Part shown: positions 26,655 to 37,099 of the stretch, one piece after another | Numbering within the stretch: the stretch's first letter is position 1 | Layout of the letters: each line of letters opens with the position of its first letter | Source: Callorhinchus milii | Taxonomy: Eukaryota | Assembly (NCBI RefSeq): GCF_018977255.1 | Contig: NW_024704743.1 | Location: 8,558,001-8,622,000, forward strand | DNA: 64,000 bases | Direction: 5' to 3' | Position numbers and translations under genes: made by a program | The notes under the pieces: model-generated | The model's input: only the letters and a program-made list of their open reading frames with translations | Database searches by the model: none | Told to the model about the DNA's origin: nothing

Positions 26655-27395
26655 AATATACAACACAGAAACAGGCCATTCGGCCCAACTGGTCTAGCTT
26701 TCCATCTATGCTATTTGCCTCAACAACTCCTTGTGGTAGCATGTTTCACATTCCCACTCTCTCCGTGTGAAGAAATTTCTTCTAACTTCCCTATTTGTGA
26801 CTATTTTATATTGATGGCCCCTGGTTTTGATCTCCCCAAGTGGTAACATTTTCTCTATGTCGACCCTATCAAAACCTTTCATTATTTTAAGTACCTCTGT
26901 CAGGTCATCCCTTACCCTCCTCTTTTCAAGAGAAAAGAGTCCAAGTGTGTTCAGCCTTTCCTGATAGTTATAACCTCTCAATTCTGGAATCATCCTTGTG
27001 AATCTCCTTTGCACCCTCTCGAGTGCCTTTACATCCCTTCTATAATGTGGGGTCCAGAGCTGCACAGTATTCTAAGTGTGGTCTAACTAGGGTTCGATTT
27101 CTATCCCTCTAGAAATGAACACCAATGCTTAGTTTGCTTTTTTTTTTTAAAATGGTCTTATTAACCTGCGTTGCTACTTTTAGTGAATTGTGTATATGTA
27201 TCCCTAGATTCCTTTACTCCTCAATTCCATTTAGGTTTTTATTTTCCAGGATGTATGTGACTTCCTTATTCCTTCTACCAAAATGTACCACCTCACACTT
27301 TTCTACATTGAAATGCAGTTGCCATTTAAAATACCCACTAAGCAAGTTTATTAATGTCTTGCTGTAATTTGTTGCAGTCCTCCTCTGTATTGTGA
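26655..27395 (-). mobile_element. CR1 LINE ORF2 3' part
   Basis: DCNKLQQDI..WQLHFNVEKCEVVHFG; LERVQRRFTRMIP..LGLFSLEKRR..KTRGH; tail GGCCATTCGGCCC. Confidence 0.9.
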
Positions 27396-27407
27396 GTGTT
27401 TGCCTCT

Positions 27408-28182
27408 GCAGAAGTAGAGGCATGTTCGAAAACACGGTCAAAGAGGAGGGTCTTGAAGGAGGCAAGGGAGGGGGCGAGGCGGAGGGACTGCAGGATTGGG
27501 TTCCAGAGGATAGGAGCAGAGTGGCAGAAGGCCCGCCTGCCAATAGTGGGGCGAGTGAGGCGGGGGACGTGAAGTAGGCCCGTTGAGAGGAGGGAGCGAG
27601 CAGGATCGTAGGGGGTTAGGAGGTCGCAGAGGTAGGGGGAAGCAAGACCATGGAGGGCTTTGAAGGTGAGAACTAGAATCTTGAACTGTATCCTCTGTGT
27701 GATGGGAAGCCAGTGGAGTCGGGCGAGGATGGGGGTGTTAGGGCCATGGAGCCTGGTGGGGGAAAGGACACGGGCTGCAGAGTTGTAGATGATCTGCAGC
27801 CTATGGAGGGAGGAGTTGGGGAGGCCGACAAGCAAGGAGTTTGCATAGTCAAGTCTCGATGTAGTGAAAGTGTGTATGAGGGTTTCGGCGGCCTGCAGTG
27901 TGAGACAGTGGCAGAGCCGGGCGATGTTGCAGAGGTGGGGGAAGGCAGAGCAGGTGATGGCACAGATGTAGGATAGAAAGGATACTTGAGGGTCAAACAA
28001 GATGCCAAGGTTCTGGACTGGCTTAGTAAGGTGTGGTGTGCATCCATGGATAATGATGCTGTCAGTGCCTGAGGTGTGGAGGCGCTGAAGGTAGCCAATC
28101 AGGAGAGCCTCGGTCTTGTTGACGATGAACTGAAGAAAATTAGCTCTCATCCAGGACTTGATGTCTAACAGACAGTCTAACA
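27408..28182 (-). mobile_element. L2 LINE ORF2 C-terminal fragment
   Basis: 281-aa ORF: CLLDIKSWMRANFLQ..KTE..SRLDYANSLL..LHWLP..FKIL..AP.LWN. Confidence 0.9.
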
Positions 28183-28484
28183 TTCCCAGCGACCGGGAAA
28201 TTGGTCAGGCAGGTTCAGTTGCAAGGCACATTCCTGAGTTCCAAATAGCCTGCAGATCTATGGGTGACATCTGGTCTTTAGCTACAAATAATAAATTATA
28301 TTAATCTTTGCTACATCGTTCAATAATGGCTACATCGCCAAAACATCTGAAAGCGTTTCACATACTGTTTAAGTGATACCTGTATTTGTAGGCAAATGTG
28401 ACAGCCAATTTGTACAAGCAAGTCCCAGAAACGGGTGAGGTGAGCTGACCAAAATCTGGAGGATTCTTGGTCAGAATACAATAC

Positions 28485-29070
28485 AAATTTACATTTGGAT
28501 AGTGCCTTTCATGATGGGAGCTGTCCCAAGGCGCTGGTCAGTCAGGGATTTAGATCCAAGCAAGGGATTTTCATCAGGGAGGGTGGAGAGCAGGGATGGT
28601 AGAAGGGTGGCTGAAGGCAAGGTCGAAGCAGAAGATCTTGAAACGTGCCTTGAAGGAGGCAAGGGAGGGAGTGAAATGAAGGGAATGTGGGATGGATTCC
28701 AAAGGGTGGGGGTAGAAAGGCTGAAGGCTTGACCGTCGATGGTGGGGTCGGCCGAGCGGGGGACACGGAGCAGGCCACAGCCTGCTAAGCGGAGGGAGCG
28801 GACAGGTTGATATGGGGTTAGCAGGTCACAGAGGTAGGGAGGGACAACGCCATGGAGGACCTTGAAAGCGAGGACTTTGAACTACCCTCTGGGGGATGGG
28901 GATCCAGTGGAGCCAAGCAAGGGTGGAGGTAATAGGGTCACGGAGCCTGATGCGGGAGAGGACACAAATTGCAGTTTGGATGATCTGCAGCTTGTGAAGG
29001 GGGGGGGGGGGGGGGGAGGGGGGGAGAAAGAGTTGGCAAGGCCAACAAGTATGGAGTTGGCGTAGTTGAG
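28485..29070 (-). mobile_element. L2 LINE 3' fragment
   Basis: Similar to the 3' end of the 22406 element. Confidence 0.85.
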
Positions 29071-29223
29071 CCGAAATGTGATGGGGGTTTTGGCTGCCTG
29101 AGGGACTAGGATATCAGGAGAACCTCCTTTCTCTTTTTGAACAGCATTTGCAATATTTAAAGTCCATCTTAACAAGGCAAATGGTGACTCGGCGTATCAT
29201 CCAAAGGACAACACCTTCAACAG

Positions 29224-29745
29224 TTTTTTTTTCGGTCAGCCTCATGTTCCCATCACTATGGTTTAGAGCATCCAAATCAGTTGAGAGTTCCAAATTGTGA
29301 CATCTAAACATATTTCTGTACGTCTGGAATGGAATGCATATTCTCTCCTTGGAGAGAAGCATCCCGCTTACCTAATTCTGGAGAATTCAGTATTAGGCCC
29401 AGGTTCACAAACTCCAAGGCTTCAGGATGCCAGAATATGTGTTTGCTGGAGTTTAACCAGCTAAGACTACATAGCTTATGATTGAGAGAAATGGCTGGCA
29501 AGCTTCTCATTGCTTGTCCAGCTAGGACCACCCAACAAGGCTTTCTGCCCCCACAAGTTCAGCTGATGAGCCAAGCTGGCGGTTTGTCATCAATAGTGCT
29601 TGGAGTACCAGACACAGCTGGCTTAGGATCCAGACTACCACAGAAGATTGATTCAATTCTGACATTCCCTTGCCAAGCACGGATCCACCTTGGAGCCAGC
29701 TCAGCTCCATGTACTCTTCCTCCTCCCAACCCCCAGGACGGTAGT
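29224..29745 (-). mobile_element. Family X copy nested in a Deu-SINE
   Basis: Deu core (CATCCAAAGGACAACACCTTCAACA) lies before the poly(T), and the Deu head (CTTGAACCCATAACC..GTGCTACCAACTGA) follows at about 29750-29850. Confidence 0.7.
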
Positions 29746-30010
29746 CCACAACAGCCTGGATGACAAGCTCAAAGCCCTGATAGTGGATCTTGAACCCATA
29801 ACCTCTAAACCCAAAAGCGAAAGTGCTACCAACTGACCAAGGCAAACTACATTTATGGTGTAAAACCTCCACACGGGTAACTGTGCATTATCACTCTGGT
29901 AACAGACCATCGTTCAACACGATTGCATGGTATTGTTGTGTGTTGGGGTTGTTTTAATGGCTGCAGAACACAATGCAGCGCTCTAGGTGATATTTTCACA
30001 TTTTTACAAT

Positions 30011-30444
30011 GGAGTTATGTAGCTCAGTGGTTAGAGCACTTGCCTCGCAAACGAGAGGATCCGGGTTTGATTCCCGGGAAGGGCAAAGCCTTAGGCAAGT
30101 TTCCTTACTCCATACACAACAACAAACAACAAAATTACATTTATAAAGCACCTTTCATGTTGGGAGGACGTCCCAAAGCGCTGCACACCTCTGTTTACCT
30201 AGCATTAAGTAGGAATCTGGTTGTTAGTCGATTCGCGGATCGCTTTTCGGGAGATAATAATCCCTTCAAAAAAAACACTCAATCTACGATTGTTTGTGGG
30301 AAACTGCTGTATGCAATTGGCTGCTGCGTTTCACCCACAAAATATACAGTCAATTCACTTTATGGTATATTTGGTGAAGCGCTTTGAGACGCCTCAAAGA
30401 CGTGATAAGGTGCTATATCAAATGCAAGGATTATTGTTATTATT
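30011..30444 (+). mobile_element. tRNA-Ala-like SINE with a nested antisense L2 tail (about 30118-30183)
   Basis: The SINE is interrupted at ..TTACTCCATACAC|..|CACACCTCTGTTTACC by an AACAAC..GGGAGGACGTCCCAAAGCGCTG piece. Confidence 0.85.
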
Positions 30445-31601
30445 AATGGGCTTTTTAACATTTCAAACGGCCTGAAGCATAGCCAGTCCTTATATGAAAT
30501 CTGTCAAAATATCAACTAATTCAAATAATTTTGTTTTAACCCCCACCTCAAGGCAATCGGGCCAAGTCCAAAATGCTCCATTCCTAACCGGTCAAACATA
30601 TTCTCAGATAAGGTTAACAGCAAACCTACTTAATTTAAGGAAAGTGGGGGGAGGATTAGCTTCGTAGAGGGAGAAAAAAAACAACCCCACAGCAAATGGA
30701 TTTCTTTCAATGGGTGTCTGCTCCCCCACACACTCACACACTCAATGCTGTTAAAGTGTGTTAAAAGTAATTCATTCCATTTCCGTTTTTTTTAAAAAAA
30801 CAATATTATTATTGTGATCGGACCACTTTTACACATCACACACACACACAAAAACTTAGGGAAGGAGAAAAAAAATGGCACCTGATTTCTGCAGCAAAAT
30901 CTTTTCTGGCAAATGCAGAATGTAAAAGGCACAAAAAAAACACTGTACACAAACACACACACACTCTGAATAATGTGTCTCAAAGTCTACTGGAAGAGAG
31001 AGAGAGAGGGGGATAGAGAAGGGGGGAGTGGGGGGGGGGGGGAGAGGGGCAAGTTACAAAGAATCCAGTGGAGATCTACGAAGGTGAAGATCACACACAC
31101 AGAGTCAGAGAGAAAGGGATCATTTTTTGGATACACAATAAAAATGAAAGTGTTGCATTTGATCCCAATACAATCAACTCTCCTTCTGGAGACAGCCCTG
31201 AAAGGGGTGGGGGGGGCTTTAAAATCATCTTAAAAACGTTTCCGAAGGTGGAAAATAATTTAACCCCCTCTCCCCCCCTCTCCCCCCCACACACACACAC
31301 ACACACACACGAAAAAGGTTAGAAGTGGGACACACACAAAAACATTTGCACCATCACCACCGATGGCCTTTGCAATCGTTTCTGAACCTCATATAGATTT
31401 ATATACACTCTGTGTGTGTAAAAATAATAATAATCATCACCATCATCATCATCATCAAGGAAAGGCGAATAAAAATAATCGATCCCATCCTTTCCCCCCT
31501 TTTTTTGGGGGTGAAATCGAGATGAAAAATCCCTGGAAGCGCAAAACAGCGCCACCAACACAGTCAGTCAGTTCCCCCCCAACACTCACTCACTCACACA
31601 C

Positions 31602-31620
31602 CATTGGTGAGATCTTCCAT
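31602..31620 (-). CDS. Candidate alternative first coding exon B (MEDLTN, phase 1)
   Basis: Minus strand cacgATGGAAGATCTCACCAATG|gtgtgtgagtgagt: strong Kozak (A-3, G+4), donor-like sequence, CCAAT boxes about 260 bp upstream. Confidence 0.35.
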
Positions 31621-32793
31621 CGTGTGCAAAAAGGAGAGAGAGAGAGAGAGAAAGGGGTGGAGGAAGGAAAGAAAGAGAGGAGAGGGGGGAGAGAGGGAGG
31701 AGGGGGGGAGAGAGAGGAGGGGGGGAGAGAGAGGGGGAGGGGGGGAGAGAGAGAGGGGAGAGATAATCACCGAATAGATCGGAAAATACGCCCAACTTTT
31801 TCAAATTGAATCCCCAACTCAAATAAAGCCATATTTCCAAATGATATCGAGCAGTTTGGTTTGTAACCCAATTGGTCTCTCGCCATTGGTGCCTTTAACT
31901 GCATTTGGTGAAGGGGAGAGAGAGAGAGAGAGAGAGGGGGGAGGAGAGGGGAGAGGGAGGGAGAGAGAGGGGGAAGAGAAGAGAAGAGAGGCGAATCAGC
32001 GACCATTACTCAGTCCAGCCATAACTTAATATAAACTGAGCTAAATATGTCATCCACCACCACCTCCTCCTCCTCCTCCTCCTCTTTAAACCCGGGGACA
32101 GACACACACATACATCTCAGATCACCCAACAGCACAGCACAAGAATAAAAAGAGTCCCATTGCATGTGTGTGTGTGTGTGTGTAGATGGGGGTAAAGCGG
32201 ATTTATCCCCTTGGAATTGCAAATGGGGGGAAAAAAATCAATTTAAAAAAAATTTGAAAGAAATCCCTCAACCCTACGCATTTTGCCTCTCCCCCACACA
32301 CACACAGATCTCAGTCTGTCTGTCCTCCTGTCTGAAGAATAATGGGGGAAAAAGTCCCAGATCTGATAAAAGTTATTTAAACTATTGATATTTTTTCTTT
32401 CTCCCCCCTCTCTCTCTCTCTCTCTCCCACTGAATTGCTGGTCTGTGTGTAAAATGTTTCTTCAATATAAAGGTTGGATTTGTTTTTGTCTTTCCCTCAC
32501 ACACAGATACACACACACACACAGAATAAAACTGGTTACAATAGTCAGTATCTCTGAGCCAGGACTGATGTGATAGCACAGGGCGGAATCCAGATCAAAT
32601 GCTAAAGGGAATAAATACACTCGTCATCTAACCACCCCTTCCTTCCTTCCTCTCTCTCTCTCTCTCTCTCCTATCATTTATATATATTTAATTTTACATA
32701 TTAAAAAAAAATTACATTTGCTGCAAGTTTACCAAAGCTGCAACTCCAAACCCCACGGAATCCATACCATTTAAATAAGGATTGAACACTCAC

Positions 32794-32827
32794 CAGTCTG
32801 TTCCCAGAGAAGATGTCGACAATCCAT
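32794..32827 (-). CDS. Candidate first coding exon A (MDCRHLLWEQT, phase 1)
   Basis: Minus strand ccggacATGGATTGTCGACATCTTCTCTGGGAACAGACTG|gtgagt: strong Kozak, near-consensus donor, promoter-like sequence 100-400 bp upstream. Confidence 0.55.
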
Positions 32828-34797
32828 GTCCGGAACGATTACCAGAAGCTATTCGCTGTAATAGTGAGTGTTGTGGTGAGTAGTGAGTGAGTAGTGAGTG
32901 TGTGTTCTGTGTTAGAAACCACAGACGCGGTGCAGCCAATCTGTTCTACAACATCTTCTAATAGCGATCCAGTCGCTCTCAGCGAATGATCAGCCTCTCA
33001 CCTGCCACCCAGAGCTGTCTGATCAGGGATGGAGGGGGTGTGGGGGGGGGGGGGGAGGGGGCGGTGGGGGGGATCTAACGTGTATTATCACTCAGATTAA
33101 AACACAGCCACAGTAGACTTGGGGGTTAACAACTTTGCAATGGCTAATAGGCGCATTGCCATTGGACAGCGAGTGTCACCAATCACCTGTGGAGAGCTCC
33201 AGCCTCTGATGAGCTCACTTTCAATGGCAGAAGTTCAGGGTAAAAAGAGGGTAAATATACTGGATATTACTTTCCTGGAGTATGATTATCCCCCCTCACC
33301 CCCCCCCCCTGGTATTGTATCTCCCCCCCCCCACCCCCCCACCTCACACACACCACTCCCCCCCCCCTCCCCCTGTGGAATCATATTGCATTTGGTTGCA
33401 TTAATCCTCCAGCCACTCCCTCTCAGGATCACTTGATTTTGTGATGTAATGTTCATATTGTTTTTTTAAAAAAGTGTTTTTTTTAAATACAAATTGTAAT
33501 ACAGTATTTCTTCTTGTGCATTCTACGTGGATCCTGTACTGTGTCTGTGCTCCTGTCCCTCCATCTTGCAGGACCCACCTCCCCACTCATTTGCAGACAT
33601 TTAAAAACATGCAGAAGAACTAGATAATAGGGTATTGAATTTCACCACTGGAACATGATATGAGATATGTAAACACATCAAATTGGCTTTGGACAATACC
33701 AGGCTGCAACAAATGCAGATGGTGATATTAAACTGATATTTGCTTCATGCAGATTTAAAGATTTAAATGGGGGTCAAAGGATCCAATCGATGCTGGGCGG
33801 TTAACTGGATGGTTTTGGCCTTTGTTTCTGTATTCAAGATCTCTGACTGTCTCTCCAATTTATAATAATAATACTACTAATCATCCTTGAATTTGACATA
33901 GCAGGAATTGCTGGGAAGTGTAGTGACTGTGCAAGGATTCAAGACATATCTTTTTGATCACGCTTTCCATCATTTTTACCCTCCCACCCTACCACTCCCT
34001 TGGCCACCCACAGCTTGGATGCAAGCCAGCAGTGAGAAGTGCTTTGAGATGTCCTCCTGACGGACATGAAAGGCCCTCTATAAATGCAACCAGACTTAAG
34101 TGTATGTGAACCAGGCTGGCAGTTCCATGGATGCCGCCTACACATGGAAATTTCCATGTCTGGAATGGAATTCACGCTCTCAAACGCACTCTGTTTACCT
34201 GATCTGATTATTGACCAGGACCTACTTGCAATGTTTTCCTGACTGTCTATTGCTCCTTAGGGGGGGAATTAAATATGTCAGGCTTGGAGCTTCAAAGGTG
34301 GAATGCGTGCCCTCACAGCAGTATTTTCAGCTTCCTTTCTGAGTTTTGCCAATTGCTTGGCAAGAGCATGGCCTTCAGAGTGACAAAGCAATTGATCACA
34401 TGATTGTGAATAGCTTTGGCACGTACTATAGTCTCCATACGTTATATTAATTTGCTTGGTGTCGATGAGATGTTTCAAACCTTCTATTTCAAGATGGCAG
34501 CCAAGGTATTGATCCTGTAACCAGGGGTGACTGCAAAGTCGGAGTGGTTGATGCTCCTCATGATAGAAGTGATCATAACAAGGGATTCAGCCACATGAAG
34601 AATGACCATGGGACCAAGGAGAGCTGTTAGTTGAAGGCAGAGGGCCTGTAAATAAGTACTGGAAGCTTCATCTTCGGAGCAAGCTAGGATTGCAGCAAAG
34701 GCAAGTTATGACTAAGCAACAGCATGGCTTGAGGCTGAAGGAGGTCAATAGGGGCATAAGGCAGGATATGTAGGTTGTATTGCTTCATAAGAAAACT

Positions 34798-35119
34798 TAA
34801 TAATAATAATAATAATAATCCTTGCATTTGATATAGCGCTTTTCACGTCGGGAGGACGTCCCAAAGCGCTTCACAGAATACACTGTAAAGTGAATTGACT
34901 GCATATTTGTGGGCGAATGCGGCAGCCAATTGCGCACAGCAATGTCCCACAAACAGTCGTAGATTGAAAATGACCAATTTATTATTGTTTTGTTTTTGGA
35001 GGGATTATTATTAGGTGTGTGGAGTAAGGAAACTTGCACAAGGTTTCGCCCTGCCTGGAATTGAACTCAGGTCTCTCGCTTGCAAAGCGAGCGCTCTAAC
35101 CACTGAGCTACAGGACTCC
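34798..35119 (-). mobile_element. tRNA-Ala-like SINE, short form with the L2-type tail hairpin
   Basis: Lacks the CTCTGTTTACC..GTCGATTGGCGG centre; tail GGGACGTCCTCCCGACGTGAAAAGCGCT followed by (ATT)n. Confidence 0.85.
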
Positions 35120-35482
35120 ACAAACTGCACATAAATGATCCCAAATCCTAGTGTTACTCTTGGACAAGTCCAGTGCTCTACAATAGACCCATCAGAATGT
35201 CCCTGGAATCCAGAGGAGCATTGTGTTATCATTTGACCCAACATAGCAGAGACATCCATCCACAGGGAGGTTGTAAGAGGTGGCAGGAAATGTTAAGCAG
35301 ACTGAAGGCCTTAATGATCTAGTCCACTGGGAGGAAGTGAACTCAACATTGCGTTGCTACATTTCAGGCCTCATAACTACTTGCTGTAAAACAAATTACA
35401 TCTTGTAGAAACCACACTGTACACAAGCCAAACTACTAATTGCCTTATAGTAAATACTCAATTAGATAACCAGAAACAATTG

Positions 35483-35697
35483 ACAATAGACAAAATAGTG
35501 CAAATGCTGGAAATCTGAAATGAAAACAGAAGTTGCTGGGAACACTCAGCAGGTCAGGCAGCATCTATGGAGAGAGGAAAGTGAGTAAAATTTCAGGTTC
35601 TGAGGAAAGGTCATTGACCTGAAACGTTCACTCACATTCCACTCTCCACAGATACTGTCTGACCTGCTGAGTGTTCCCAGCGACTTCTGTTTTTAAC
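35483..35697. mobile_element. Palindromic Penelope-like (pLTR) repeat with a 13-bp flanking direct repeat
   Basis: Long inverted arms AAAACAGAAGTTGCTGGGAACACTCAGCAGGTCAG.. / ..CTGACCTGCTGAGTGTTCCCAGCGACTTCTGTTTT; CCAGAAACAATTG at 35470-35482 and 35698-35710. Confidence 0.75.
35600..35633 (+). ncRNA. Minimal hammerhead ribozyme core (stem I disrupted)
   Basis: CTGAGGA-A-AGGTC-ATT-GACCT-GAAAC-GTT. Confidence 0.55.
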
Positions 35698-35774
35698 CCA
35701 GAAACAATTGGTTTGGTTCATGCTAAATTTAAATGAATCATTCCAAGAGTTTGAGTATTTCTAGGATGATATAA

Positions 35775-36190
35775 AAAATCCTTGCATTGATAACAGCGCC
35801 TAATCATGTCTCAAAGTGCTACACATGGGATTTACTGCAAAGTGTACTGACTGGATATTAGCTGAATGTGACAACCAATTTATACACAGTGATGCCCACA
35901 AGCAGCAATGAAGTGAACAACCAAATTTATCTGGATTATTGGCAGCTACGACACCAGGAGAAATTCCCCTTTTCAACAGTGTCATGGGATCTTTAACAGA
36001 CACAGGATCTCAGTTTAACATCTCACACGAAGGACAGCACCTCCAATAACAAACTCAAAGTCCCTGCATGAGGCTTGAACCCATTCATTTTTGACTCAGA
36101 GGAAAGATTGCTACCGACTGAGCTAGGCTGACACACCCATGACCCACTGACTCAGAAACATGAGTACTATCAACTGAGCTAGGCTAACAT
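35775..36190 (-). mobile_element. Deu-domain SINE with a duplicated tRNA head
   Basis: Two tandem TGACTCAGA..CTAC/CTAT..CTGAGCTAGGCT blocks at about 36090-36133 and 36145-36190. Confidence 0.7.
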
Positions 36191-36544
36191 ATATTTAGAG
36201 ACTCTACTAATATTTCCCTTTCTAATGTTGTATTAGTAATTCAAGTTTGACAACATAATACAGTATTTCCCCAATGTGAATAAAATTGCCCAGAATTTGG
36301 CAAATTGTTTAATAGAGTCTTAACTTCAAAGTCTTGTTTCTGCAGTTCTTTAAAAAAATTAAGAAAACCATGTTCAAAATTGACTTCAAAATTAGGACTA
36401 TATTTAAGATTTTGCGATACTCTGTGAATTCTTTCAAAAATTGTAGAAAAATACACTCAAATTTAAGAATGAATTTAACAACTTGTCAGATTCGGGACCA
36501 TCTAAAATGTTACATAAACAAAGTAAAACAAAGTAAGTCAAAAA

Positions 36545-36932
36545 GTCCCATGTCAGACATTGAACTCACAAGTCTAGGCTGACAAATACAGTGCAATCCT
36601 GGGTTTCATTGCATTATTCGAGGTTCCATACTTTGGATGAGACCTTAAATCAATATCCAGTCTGCCTGTTCAGGTGGATGTTAAAGATCGCACGGAACTA
36701 ATTGAAAAACGGAAGGAGTTCCTCCTGGTTCCTGGCCCACAAACCCCCAAATAAAATTGGTCACTCGATCCATGGCTGTTTGTGGGACCCTGCTGTGTGC
36801 ATCTAGCTGCTGTGCTTTGCCCACAAAATATGCAGTTAAAACCACTTTAAAGTATATCCTGTGAAGCACTTTGAGACATCTCAACAATGTGATAAGGCAC
36901 TATATTAAATGCAAGGATTATTATTATTATTA
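36545..36932 (+). mobile_element. Deu-domain SINE
   Basis: Deu core plus the shared tail. Confidence 0.8.
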
Positions 36933-37099
36933 AGCTTTGATCCATGGGTATTTGATGCCAAAATAAAGCTTCTAATGAATATATGGAAGAAAATTGCAAT
37001 GTTTCTTAACAGATTTGAAGTCTAAATTGCCATCTAAGCTTCTTTCAAGGTCGTAGATTTGTGGCTCAGAGTACAAAGGAAGACCTGAAAAGATAGAAT

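Larger units (their letters stand above)
30450..33850 (-). promoter_or_regulatory. TE-free, microsatellite- and G-run-rich promoter / first-exon island
   Basis: No recognisable SINE or LINE for about 3.4 kb; CCAAT/ATTGG boxes near 31870, 31885, 32935, 33160 and 33180; locally more CpG; (CA)n, (GA)n and G/C runs; two ATG + splice-donor modules. Confidence 0.6.

Noticed and set aside
27338..28183. Longest ORF (281 aa) as a host gene
   Set aside because: It is an L2 ORF2 C-terminus running into an adjacent CR1 fragment, so it is a transposon chimera.
31363..31809. 148-aa His/Gly/Glu/Arg-rich ORF
   Set aside because: It is the translation of (AAT)n, (CAT)n and GA microsatellites.
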